Source of the DNA: Candidatus Omnitrophota bacterium
Lineage (GTDB): Bacteria; Omnitrophota; Gorgyraeia; Pluralincolimonadales; CAZUZR01
Assembly: GCA_043821025.1 (NCBI GenBank)
Contig: JBDRDF010000032.1
Location: 11,261 to 75,260 of the forward strand
Reading direction: 5' to 3'
Length of the DNA stretch: 64,000 bases
The translations under genes and the position numbers were made by a program. The notes beneath the pieces are model-generated. The model searched no databases, was not told the DNA's origin, and saw only the letters and a program-made list of their open reading frames with translations. Positions 9,121-17,220 of this stretch are shown here, one piece after another. The first letter of the stretch is position 1; the number at the start of each line of letters is the position of its first letter.

Positions 9121-10557
9121 ATGAAACGGGATATAAAAGCGATACAAGAGAGATTAAACGAAGTACTCTTAAAGCTTCCGAAACCGGTAGTAAGGCAACT
9201 TTTCGATAAATTGAAGGAAGAGTCCTTAAAGCGTGGCATGGTGGTTTATAACGAGAAGGGAGAGCCCCGTATCGTAAATGTTCGCGTTCGCCCGTGGTTA
9301 ATAACAAAAGAACAAAAAAGGTTCTTCCATAGAGTTTGCTTGGATATGAAGGACGCACTTCAGAGGGTAGCGAACATATATTATAACGAGCCGAAGTCAA
9401 GAGAGATCCTTACCTTGACACCGCGGGAAGAGGAGTGGTTCTTCGATATATACAGAAGCGGCACTCAGGATCCTCAAACGGTATTTGACAGAATAGACGC
9501 CAACGCCATATTCTCCGGTTCTGACTGGAAAGACTCATTTACATTTATTGAGACGAATTCCGTCGGCGTCGGTGGGGTTTATTATATTCCTGCGGGGGCC
9601 AATATTATAGAAGATATCATACTTCCAGTTTTTCGCAACCGGGTCCGCGACATAGAGTTCGTAATGCAGGATGATATTCGCGAACTATTGTTTGAAACCA
9701 TAACCGAACACGCCCAGAAGATAGATCGGCTTCGCGCCAACGTGGCTTTTATCGAAGACCAACGCTGTCTCGACGGGACGGACGAATACGCCTTCGTCGC
9801 AAATTATTTGAGAAGCAAAGGCCTTTTGGCATTTGCAACTGACCCGAGGGAGCTTTCGCTTAGAAATGGCGAGGTTTATTTTAGGGATGCACCCATAGAT
9901 ATAATTTATAGGGACTGCTCAATAGATGAATTACACGAGATGGAAGACCAGGGGACGAAGGTGGACGTATTGAAAGAGGCATTTGCGAGAAATCAGGTCG
10001 TCTCTTCCATTGCGGGTGAATTCGACCATAAAAGTACATTGGAGATTTTTACCGATGATGAATATGCAAAATATTTTACTCCCGCACAAAATAGATTGTT
10101 CAAGAAACATGTAGTTTGGACGCGTTTAATCTGGGATAGAAAGACCAAGGGACCGAAGGGCGAAGATGTAGAACTCGCTAAATTCATCGAAAAGCACAAG
10201 GATAGCTTGGTTATAAAACCAAATCGAATGTATGGTGGTGAAGGGGTTATCTTAGGAAGATTTGCAAAGACCAGCGAGTGGAGAAGGGCAGCGGAAGAGG
10301 CGTTTTCCGCCAAAGGCGAATCTGCTTCAGGCGAGAAAGAAGGACCTACGCACGTTGTTCAGGAATATGCCGAGATAAGGGAGGAGAAATTTCCAGTTTT
10401 TTACGAAGACGGAACGGTTGCGATGGAAAAGAATTACGAGGTCTCTGGTTTTACATCATCCGATTCTGGGATTGCTTTCTTGGGCAGGTGTTCGATTGAG
10501 CCGGTGGTAAACATCTCCAGGAAAGGTGGTCTCATTCCTGTCGTAATGATAGAGTAA
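9121..10557 (+). CDS. Hypothetical protein, possibly a circularly permuted ATP-grasp (type 2)-like enzyme
   Basis: It is about 480 aa and has an SLVIKPNRMYGGEGVILG motif. TATAAT lies at 9106-9111 with no SD, so the transcript may be leaderless. The ORF-track start at 9088 (TTG) lies inside that promoter. Confidence 0.35.
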   Translation: MKRDIKAIQERLNEVLLKLPKPVVRQLFDKLKEESLKRGMVVYNEKGEPRIVNVRVRPWLITKEQKRFFHRVCLDMKDALQRVANIYYNEPKSREILTLTPREEEWFFDIYRSGTQDPQTVFDRIDANAIFSGSDWKDSFTFIETNSVGVGGVYYIPAGANIIEDIILPVFRNRVRDIEFVMQDDIRELLFETITEHAQKIDRLRANVAFIEDQRCLDGTDEYAFVANYLRSKGLLAFATDPRELSLRNGEVYFRDAPIDIIYRDCSIDELHEMEDQGTKVDVLKEAFARNQVVSSIAGEFDHKSTLEIFTDDEYAKYFTPAQNRLFKKHVVWTRLIWDRKTKGPKGEDVELAKFIEKHKDSLVIKPNRMYGGEGVILGRFAKTSEWRRAAEEAFSAKGESASGEKEGPTHVVQEYAEIREEKFPVFYEDGTVAMEKNYEVSGFTSSDSGIAFLGRCSIEPVVNISRKGGLIPVVMIE

Positions 10558-10574
10558 ATAGACAAAGAAAAAAT

Positions 10575-10589
10575 AGGGGCGGCACCCCT
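10575..10589 (+). terminator. Hairpin AGGGG-cggca-CCCCT followed by an A/T-rich tract; putative terminator
   Basis: It lies 18 nt after the stop of the 9121..10557 gene. The U-tract is imperfect (TTAAAATT). Confidence 0.3.
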
Positions 10590-10635
10590 TAAAATTCTCC
10601 GCAAAAAAATCCCTAAAAAAAGCATAAAAATTCTC

Positions 10636-10663
10636 TTGACATTTTCTTAGAATTGGGTATAAT
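10636..10663 (+). promoter_or_regulatory. Near-consensus sigma70 promoter, TTGACA-16-TATAAT
   Basis: TTGACA is at 10636-10641 and TATAAT at 10658-10663. It is followed by a roughly 100-nt leader ahead of the GTG start at 10767. Confidence 0.55.
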
Positions 10664-10734
10664 TAGTTTCATACAGAAACAAAGTATAGGAGTGCTTATA
10701 TTTTTTGCAAACTTTGTTTCTTTATGAAACAAAG
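10663..10734 (+). promoter_or_regulatory. Two palindromic sites of type TTTGTTTC-N5-GAAACAAA in the leader (candidate operator or RNA hairpins)
   Basis: Site 1 (10663-10683, TTAGTTTCatacaGAAACAAA) overlaps the predicted +1. Site 2 (10712-10734, CTTTGTTTCtttatGAAACAAAG) is a perfect 9-5-9 inverted repeat. A third copy lies at 12691-12713. Confidence 0.4.
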
Positions 10735-10766
10735 GGAGTGAAGAATTAAATTCGTAAAGGAGGGAG

Positions 10767-11474
10767 GTGAAACTAGTGAGAAAAATTGCATTACTAATTG
10801 GGTTGGTAAGTCTTGTATTCTTAGGTCTAACGGCAACAGCGCAAGCTACTATTTGGACGGACAACTTTGATGATGGAGTAGCAGATGGTTGGACCGTAAG
10901 AAAAGGTACCTGGCTTGTCGATGCTGGACAGTATAAGTCTAACGCAGGAGAGAACTATTGGACCGCCTCAACGTTTGACGCAGCGGGTTCGTCCTTCACA
11001 ACAGGGTATGGAAAAACAGACTTTAAGAGGGACTATATCGGGACTGAAACATTAGAGGGAATCCACTTTGGATATGTTCCTAACTCAACCATGTGGTTTG
11101 CAGGCGTATATGAATACGCTCCTGAAAATGCACATGTGATCTTCATCAGGCCGTACACATGGACTGGAACTGACTGGTCACCATCGGCTTCTGGGACCAA
11201 TTTGCCAATCCCTGCTCTTACTGCCGGTAGTTGGTACAACTTATTGTTGGAGGTTTCGGATACGGAAGCGAAATTGACGCTTGGAGGTAATTCCGTTACT
11301 CGTACATTAGCAGGCGTACCAGCTGGGAACATTGGGCTTGGTTCAAGCGTCGGTTGGACATCCTTTGATAATTGGGAAGCAGGGAACCAGCCAATACCAG
11401 AACCGACAAGCCTTCTTTTGTTGGGCTCCGGTTTAATTGGTTTGTTAGCTTTTAGAAAGAAAAGCAAAAGTTAA
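10767..11474 (+). CDS. PEP-CTERM-anchored secreted protein with a concanavalin/LamG-like (DUF1080-like) domain
   Basis: A GTG start is preceded by AAAGGAGGGAGG, and a signal peptide is present. It has FDDGVADGWTVRKGTWLVDAG. The C-terminus is a canonical PEP-CTERM signal (PIPEPTSLLLLGSGLIGLLAFRKKSKS*). Confidence 0.65.
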   Translation: MKLVRKIALLIGLVSLVFLGLTATAQATIWTDNFDDGVADGWTVRKGTWLVDAGQYKSNAGENYWTASTFDAAGSSFTTGYGKTDFKRDYIGTETLEGIHFGYVPNSTMWFAGVYEYAPENAHVIFIRPYTWTGTDWSPSASGTNLPIPALTAGSWYNLLLEVSDTEAKLTLGGNSVTRTLAGVPAGNIGLGSSVGWTSFDNWEAGNQPIPEPTSLLLLGSGLIGLLAFRKKSKS

Positions 11475-11593
11475 AAAGTCGTTTTTGGTAACAAACAAGG
11501 GTTAAAAATAATCGGGAGATAGAGTTAATGGAGAAGCTCTTGCTGATTATAACGATGATTAACTTTATCTCCCGTTCCCTAAAGATGTAAGAA

Positions 11594-12658
11594 ATGCATA
11601 GTTTTAAATGTTATATATTTAATTTCATTTTTTTTATTATAACGCTGTCAGTAAGTTCAAACCCACTTGCGCAAGCCGATGGCTACGATAGAGCTATGTG
11701 GGTCTGGGAGCAAAGCACGCGAGACGCCCTCTATAGTCCTTCTCAAAATCAAGAGCTTCTTAATTTTTCTCAGACAAAAGACATCAAAACCTTATACCTT
11801 TACAGCGATTCATATCTGGGTATAAATGACATAATTGAACGCCCCGATTATTATCGTTACTTTATAAGTGAAGCTCATAGTCGGGGTATGCAGGTTCATG
11901 CGCTTCTCGGCTCTATGTATCTTCAGACCTGGGAATATATACTGCCGGAAAAAAGAGAAGATGCTCTTTCGATGGTGAGAAATGTCCTAGAATACAACCA
12001 AAATTCTTCGGCCTCAGAGAAATTTGATGGTTTTAATGTGGATATCGAACCCTATCTTTTGTCCGATTGGGGGGATAACCAACCTTATTATTCCGAACAG
12101 TATCTCGATGCCCTTTCAGCTCAAAAACAGCTCGTCATTAACTCTGGGCAAAATATCGAATATGGACCATGCATTCCGCGTTGGTATGATGAGGTCTCTT
12201 TAATCCAGAATATAACCTGGAACGGTGAAGTTAAGCCATTGTATCAACATTTGCAGGATATAGGTAGCTACGTAACCATAATGGATTATGTAAATGATGC
12301 GGATGGGATTGTAAATAACGCTTCAGATGAGCTTCAATACGCCGATAGTATAAATCGCAAGGTAGTCATAGGTGTAGAAACGCAAGACGTTATACCTTCT
12401 TGGACAACCTTCTACGGATTTAGCGAAGAAGAGATGGAGGCAGTGTTAAATGCTGCCGAAGGTAACTTGAAAAATTATACCTCGTACGATGGATTTGCAA
12501 TACACAGCTACGATTCTTATGCAAAGATGGCTGTAATCCCAGAACCCGGTAACATCATTTTGCTGGGATTAGGGTTAATTGGTTTGTTCGCTTTTAGAAG
12601 GAAAAGAAAAAGCATTAGTTACATTGACAAATTATATTTTTGTGGTATCTTAATATAA
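11594..12658 (+). CDS. PEP-CTERM-anchored secreted GH-A-clan-like TIM-barrel protein (GHL family paralog)
   Basis: A signal peptide is present. It has RAMWVWEQ... and a GFNVDIEPY (D-x-EP) motif. The C-terminus is VIPEPGNIILLGLGLIGLFAFRRKRKS. Confidence 0.6.
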   Translation: MHSFKCYIFNFIFFIITLSVSSNPLAQADGYDRAMWVWEQSTRDALYSPSQNQELLNFSQTKDIKTLYLYSDSYLGINDIIERPDYYRYFISEAHSRGMQVHALLGSMYLQTWEYILPEKREDALSMVRNVLEYNQNSSASEKFDGFNVDIEPYLLSDWGDNQPYYSEQYLDALSAQKQLVINSGQNIEYGPCIPRWYDEVSLIQNITWNGEVKPLYQHLQDIGSYVTIMDYVNDADGIVNNASDELQYADSINRKVVIGVETQDVIPSWTTFYGFSEEEMEAVLNAAEGNLKNYTSYDGFAIHSYDSYAKMAVIPEPGNIILLGLGLIGLFAFRRKRKSISYIDKLYFCGILI

Positions 12659-12690
12659 TAAGAGGAGGTAATAGAAATTTTTTTTGGCCA

Positions 12691-12713
12691 CTTTGTTTCA
12701 GATAGAAACGAAA
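12691..12713 (+). promoter_or_regulatory. Third copy of the TTTGTTTC-N5-GAAAC palindrome, immediately 5' of ATG 12714
   Basis: The sequence is CTTTGTTTCagataGAAACgAAA. Confidence 0.35.
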
Positions 12714-14984
12714 ATGAAGAAGACCTCTAAAACAATAGCATTATTAGTTGTTTTTATATTTATTTTATTCAATAGTTTACCCGCCTGTTTTGCAAGAGAG
12801 AAACAAATTACCCTGACCTTTTGGCAATTAAGCGCAAAAGAAGATTTTATGCGCTTAATTTTGGATGATTTTGAAAAAGAGAATCCCAATATAAAAGTTA
12901 ATATGCAAATTCTCACCTGGGATTATGGTTTTGATAAAATCGTAACTTCGATAGCAGCTGGAAATGCCCCTGATGTATGCGAATTGGGATCTACTTGGGT
13001 GCCAACGTTTTCTACCAGCGGGATATTGGTCGACTTGACCGACGATTTTAAAGATATAAAAGATAAATACTTATTCTGGGAATCTGTGAGTTATGAGGGC
13101 AAGCTATTCGGGGCTCCGTGGCTGGTAGGAACAAGGGCGTTATTTTATAACAAAGATTTATTTAAGCGTGCGGGCTTAGATCCGAATAAGCCCCCAAAGA
13201 CATGGCTTGATTTGTTGGATTATTCCAAAAAAATACACCAACCCGACAAAGGGATTTATGGATTTGGAATTTATGTTGGTGAGCCGTATGCTCCCTGGCA
13301 ACTCTTTCTCCCCTTCGCTTGGTCAAACGGTGCGGATGTCTTAAGCCCAGATTTTAAGACCTCCCTCATTACTTCGCCAGAATTTCAAGAGACGTTGGAA
13401 TTTTACAACATATTAAAGGCGTATTCAATTCATGATAGGCAGGCCCAAATAAATCAGGCATTTGCCGAAGGAAAGGTTGGCATACAAATCTCCGGCGCTT
13501 GGAACCTAATCCTCATTTCCCAAAATAACCCGGAGTTAAATTACGGCGTCGCAATAGTTCCTCGACCCGACCTAGATATAGGAAGACCCGTTTCATTTGC
13601 TGGCGGTGAAGTTTTTGTGATATTTAAACAGACCAGACAAAAGGAAGCAGCCGTTAAGCTAATGAAATTTTTATTAAGGGAAGAGAATATTATGAAGGTG
13701 GTTAAATCCCAGAAGAACGTCTTGCCATCCAGTAAGGAGAGCATCCGCCACCCCTATTTTAAAGAGCAGCCCAATCAAAGAATTTTCTTCGAACAGATGA
13801 TGAGCTCGGTGGCGGCTCCAGAACATCCAAGTTGGCCAAAGATAGAAGAGCATTTAACGAGGGCAATAGAGGAAGTCGTCCTTTTAGATGTGTCTCCAAA
13901 GGAAGCTCTGCAAAAAGCGGATTTAAAAATCAATGACATTTTGAAAAGCAAAAAGATAAAAGCGGGTCTTAGCGATAAAATCTTATCTTGGATTTTCATT
14001 GTATTTATCTTTTCAGCCGGGTTAATAATTTATTTATGGCAAAGGTTCAAGAAGAGAGAAATGGTGCCAGCAACTAAGTTAAGATTTAAGAAAATTGCCA
14101 CAGGTTATCTGTTCATCTTTCCCTGGCTTCTGCTGTTTTTTATTTTTTCGCTTTTTCCATTAATCCATTCGATAATAATCAGTTTTTCCGACTATAATCT
14201 TCTTGAGGCCAGGTTTTCTTTTATAGGTTTTAAAAATTATTTGGATGTTATGTTCGATCCTCATTTTCATAAAGCCCTTTGGCATACCATTTTCTTCGCC
14301 GTAGGGACCGTACCCTTTACGACGACTATCGCTTTATTCTGCGCTCTGTTAATAAATCGAAAATTACCTTTTAAACAACTATATCAGGCAGGCCTATTTT
14401 TGCCGGTTGTTACCTCGGTGATTGTAATTGCCAGTATATTTAGTTATGTCTATTCTCCCGATGGCTTATTGAACATCATCATCGATAGGACAGGGACATT
14501 CTTAAGTAAGTTTGGTATCCATGGCATACAGAGTCCAAAACCGAGCTGGTTATTAAATACGAAGTTAGCCTTGCCCAGCATAATGGCTATGTGCGTCTGG
14601 TCGAGCTTCGGCTATTACACCATTTTGTTTTTGGCCGGGCTTCAAGCCATTTCTCAGGAGATGTACGAAGCAAGTGCTATAGACGGCGCTAATTGGTGGG
14701 GCCAGTTTCGCTGGGTTATTTTGCCACAACTTAAGCCCATAATGTTATTTATCATCGTAATTAATAGCATCCGCTCCTTTCAGGTATTCCCGGAGATATT
14801 TGCAATGACCCAAGGAGGGCCGTTGGGCTCGACGACCACCGTCGTCTATCATCTTTATGAGATGGGGTTCCATAGATTTGAAATGGGAATGGCTTCGGCC
14901 GTTGGCTATATTTTATTTATTGTCATAATGTGCCTTACATTAGCCCAGCTTAAGATATTTAAATTTGGGGAAAGCGTAGGATAA
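12714..14984 (+). CDS. Fusion of an ABC sugar-transporter substrate-binding protein (family 1) with a MalF/UgpA-type permease
   Basis: The N-terminal roughly 430 aa form an extracellular solute-binding domain with a signal peptide. An extra TM helix follows (SWIFIVFIFSAGLIIYLW), then a 6-TM permease with an EAA loop (LAGLQAISQEMYEASAIDGANWWGQFRWVILPQ). It is a single uninterrupted ORF. The track's longer TTG start is at 12684. Confidence 0.65.
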   Translation: MKKTSKTIALLVVFIFILFNSLPACFAREKQITLTFWQLSAKEDFMRLILDDFEKENPNIKVNMQILTWDYGFDKIVTSIAAGNAPDVCELGSTWVPTFSTSGILVDLTDDFKDIKDKYLFWESVSYEGKLFGAPWLVGTRALFYNKDLFKRAGLDPNKPPKTWLDLLDYSKKIHQPDKGIYGFGIYVGEPYAPWQLFLPFAWSNGADVLSPDFKTSLITSPEFQETLEFYNILKAYSIHDRQAQINQAFAEGKVGIQISGAWNLILISQNNPELNYGVAIVPRPDLDIGRPVSFAGGEVFVIFKQTRQKEAAVKLMKFLLREENIMKVVKSQKNVLPSSKESIRHPYFKEQPNQRIFFEQMMSSVAAPEHPSWPKIEEHLTRAIEEVVLLDVSPKEALQKADLKINDILKSKKIKAGLSDKILSWIFIVFIFSAGLIIYLWQRFKKREMVPATKLRFKKIATGYLFIFPWLLLFFIFSLFPLIHSIIISFSDYNLLEARFSFIGFKNYLDVMFDPHFHKALWHTIFFAVGTVPFTTTIALFCALLINRKLPFKQLYQAGLFLPVVTSVIVIASIFSYVYSPDGLLNIIIDRTGTFLSKFGIHGIQSPKPSWLLNTKLALPSIMAMCVWSSFGYYTILFLAGLQAISQEMYEASAIDGANWWGQFRWVILPQLKPIMLFIIVINSIRSFQVFPEIFAMTQGGPLGSTTTVVYHLYEMGFHRFEMGMASAVGYILFIVIMCLTLAQLKIFKFGESVG

Positions 14985-15001
14985 TCTAAAGGGATATTTT
15001 T

Positions 15002-16192
15002 ATGAGAGAAAAGAGAAAGCTTAATATCGCAATAACCATTTTATTATTGATCATCGTGGTTTTTACTTTATTCCCACTTTTTTTAATGTTCAGCACCTCT
15101 TTAAAAGCCACAGGCACATTGGCCAAGAAAGTAACTCAAATTGTTATCGCGGATTTTAATAGGGAAGAAAATGGATATAAAAAGATAGAATTCACCGCAG
15201 ATGAGTCAGGCGATTTTATATGGAACGCGCATATCGACCAAGATATACGAAAGTTCAGTAAATTAGAATTCCTTTATAAGGCGGAAGGGGATTATAAATT
15301 TAAAATAGGTTTAATAGATACGCTGGGAAAAAGCAGTTTTTTAGAGATATCTAAATACGCGATAGAAAAAGAAACCGAGTGGCAGAAGGTAACGATACCC
15401 ATAAACGACTTTGATTTAAAAACTATTGACCCAAGGATGGTGGAAGGACTTGCTATCGTCTCCGATGCGCCCCGTTCTGGCACTATTTATCTGGACGAAA
15501 TTGTTTTGTGTATTAAAAAGGTCACTCTTATAAATTACGTCGATGTTTTAGTCAGCGGGCCATTCGGCCGTTATTTCTTTAATAGTTTTTTGATTTCTAT
15601 TTTGGTTACGTTTGGGAATATTTTGTTCTGTTCAATGGTGGCCTATTCCTTCGCAAGAAAGGAATTTCCAGGGAAGCACGCATTATTTCTTTTGATAATC
15701 GGCAGCATAATGATCCCACCTCAAGTCTTAATGGTCCCGATGTTTATACTGATGAAAAACATCCATTGGTTAAATACTTATTGGGCACTCATCATTCCAG
15801 CCTTAACTGAGCCCTTTAATATATTTTTGTTGCGTCAATATATTAGCGGCCTGCCAAAAGATTTGGAAGATGCGGCTATAATAGATGGCGCAAATGATTG
15901 GCAGGTGCTTTTCAAGGTTATTATGCCTTTGTCAAGGCCAGCGTTGGCAATAGTGGGCATTAATACTTTTATGGGAAGCTGGAATACATTTTTGTATCCA
16001 TTTTTGTTGACCAATACGACCGAGATGCGGACATTGCCGGTTGGCCTCGCTCTCTATAAGAGTTTATACAGCGTTGACTGGACTCATTTGATGGCGGCTT
16101 CCAGCATAACGGCCATACCTGTTATTATTGTATTTTTGTGCTTTCAACGACATATCATCGCTGGTCTTACCGCAGGAGCTCTTAAAGGATAG
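15002..16192 (+). CDS. MalG/UgpE-type ABC permease with a CBM11/CIA30-like domain inserted in the first extracytoplasmic loop
   Basis: After TM1, about 130 aa match the CBM-like family (EFLYKAEGDYKFKIGLIDT...EWQKVTIPINDF...GTIYLDEIVL). A permease core follows with an EAA loop (LLRQYISGLPKDLEDAAIIDGANDWQVLFKVIMPL). Confidence 0.65.
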   Translation: MREKRKLNIAITILLLIIVVFTLFPLFLMFSTSLKATGTLAKKVTQIVIADFNREENGYKKIEFTADESGDFIWNAHIDQDIRKFSKLEFLYKAEGDYKFKIGLIDTLGKSSFLEISKYAIEKETEWQKVTIPINDFDLKTIDPRMVEGLAIVSDAPRSGTIYLDEIVLCIKKVTLINYVDVLVSGPFGRYFFNSFLISILVTFGNILFCSMVAYSFARKEFPGKHALFLLIIGSIMIPPQVLMVPMFILMKNIHWLNTYWALIIPALTEPFNIFLLRQYISGLPKDLEDAAIIDGANDWQVLFKVIMPLSRPALAIVGINTFMGSWNTFLYPFLLTNTTEMRTLPVGLALYKSLYSVDWTHLMAASSITAIPVIIVFLCFQRHIIAGLTAGALKG

Positions 16193-16202
16193 CGCAATTA
16201 AA

Positions 16203-17216
16203 ATGGAAACTGGGGTAAGTTATTTCGCAAACAGGGATTTAAGGCACGTAAAAAGCGATTTAGTTGCAATGAGAAAAAATCATTGCAGTTACGTCGTACA
16301 TACATTTTCGGAAATAGACCTTCAATATTATAAAGAGAACATGCGTCAAATTGTAGCTGCAAGCGTTGAGGTTGGTTTGGAAGTGAGGATTGACCCGTGG
16401 GGAGTGGCAGGGCTATTTGGAGGGGAGGCCTATTCATATTTCGTTGCAGAGAAATTAGAGACAAGACAGATCGTATCCGATGGCAGAAGTGTGCCGCTTG
16501 CGTGCCCAAACAATCCTCAAGCTCGTCTTTTTTTGAGGCGTTGGATGGACGAAGTCATTGATTTAGGCGCCAAAATTATTTTCTGGGATGAGCCGCACTT
16601 TTATGAACCCCATTGGGTAGGCGATAAGGATGAGGAGCTTTGGGGATGTAAATGCGGTTGCTGTCAGAATTCTTTTAAAGAACGTTTCAATCACAAGATG
16701 CCCGATACTTTAACCGACGAAATAGAAGATTTTAAACAGCAGAGTTTAATCCTTTTCTTAAAGGAGTTATGTGACTATTCGAGTTCAAAGGGATTGAAAA
16801 ATAGCGTTTGTCTGTTGCCGAATGCGAAACATTTAGAGAGCGGTTTTTGGGATGAAATAGCGGAGATAAAGTCGCTCGATAATATTGGGACCGATCCTTA
16901 CTGGGTTGAGATTAAAAAAACCGAAAGGAATTTTAATCTGAACGCTTATATTAGAAAATTTTGTAAGAAAATAAATCAACTGTCGAAATCCCATAAGAAA
17001 GAAGGGCATATCTGGATTCAGAATTTTTCTATTCCATCTGGATGGGAAGGCGATATTAAGACCGTTGCGGACATCGCTTATGAGGAAGGCATTAGAGATA
17101 TAGCTGCTTGGAGCTATTACGGTACAAGTGGTATGTCAAGCAAGGCATGCGATAATCCCGAATTAGTTTGGGATGTTTTAGGAAAATCTTATAAGGAGCT
17201 ATTGCGTAAAGAGTAG
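16203..17216 (+). CDS. Cytoplasmic GH-A-clan-like TIM-barrel protein (putative glycosidase, paralog of the GHL family)
   Basis: It has no signal peptide. It has IIFWDEPHFYEP (D-EP) and an RIDPWG motif. The start is taken at ATG 16203, 10 nt after the permease stop. Confidence 0.35.
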   Translation: METGVSYFANRDLRHVKSDLVAMRKNHCSYVVHTFSEIDLQYYKENMRQIVAASVEVGLEVRIDPWGVAGLFGGEAYSYFVAEKLETRQIVSDGRSVPLACPNNPQARLFLRRWMDEVIDLGAKIIFWDEPHFYEPHWVGDKDEELWGCKCGCCQNSFKERFNHKMPDTLTDEIEDFKQQSLILFLKELCDYSSSKGLKNSVCLLPNAKHLESGFWDEIAEIKSLDNIGTDPYWVEIKKTERNFNLNAYIRKFCKKINQLSKSHKKEGHIWIQNFSIPSGWEGDIKTVADIAYEEGIRDIAAWSYYGTSGMSSKACDNPELVWDVLGKSYKELLRKE

Positions 17217-17220
17217 GGCA

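Noticed and set aside
12684-12713. Longer N-terminus (MATLFQIETK) for the SBP-permease gene from a TTG start
   Set aside because: The upstream SD is 15 nt away from that TTG. The region holds the third copy of the TTTGTTTC-N5-GAAAC palindrome. The signal peptide begins at ATG 12714.
16128-16202. Extended 5' start of the cytoplasmic TIM-barrel gene inside the permease gene
   Set aside because: The 75-nt overlap has no signal or homology. ATG 16203 lies 10 nt after the permease stop.
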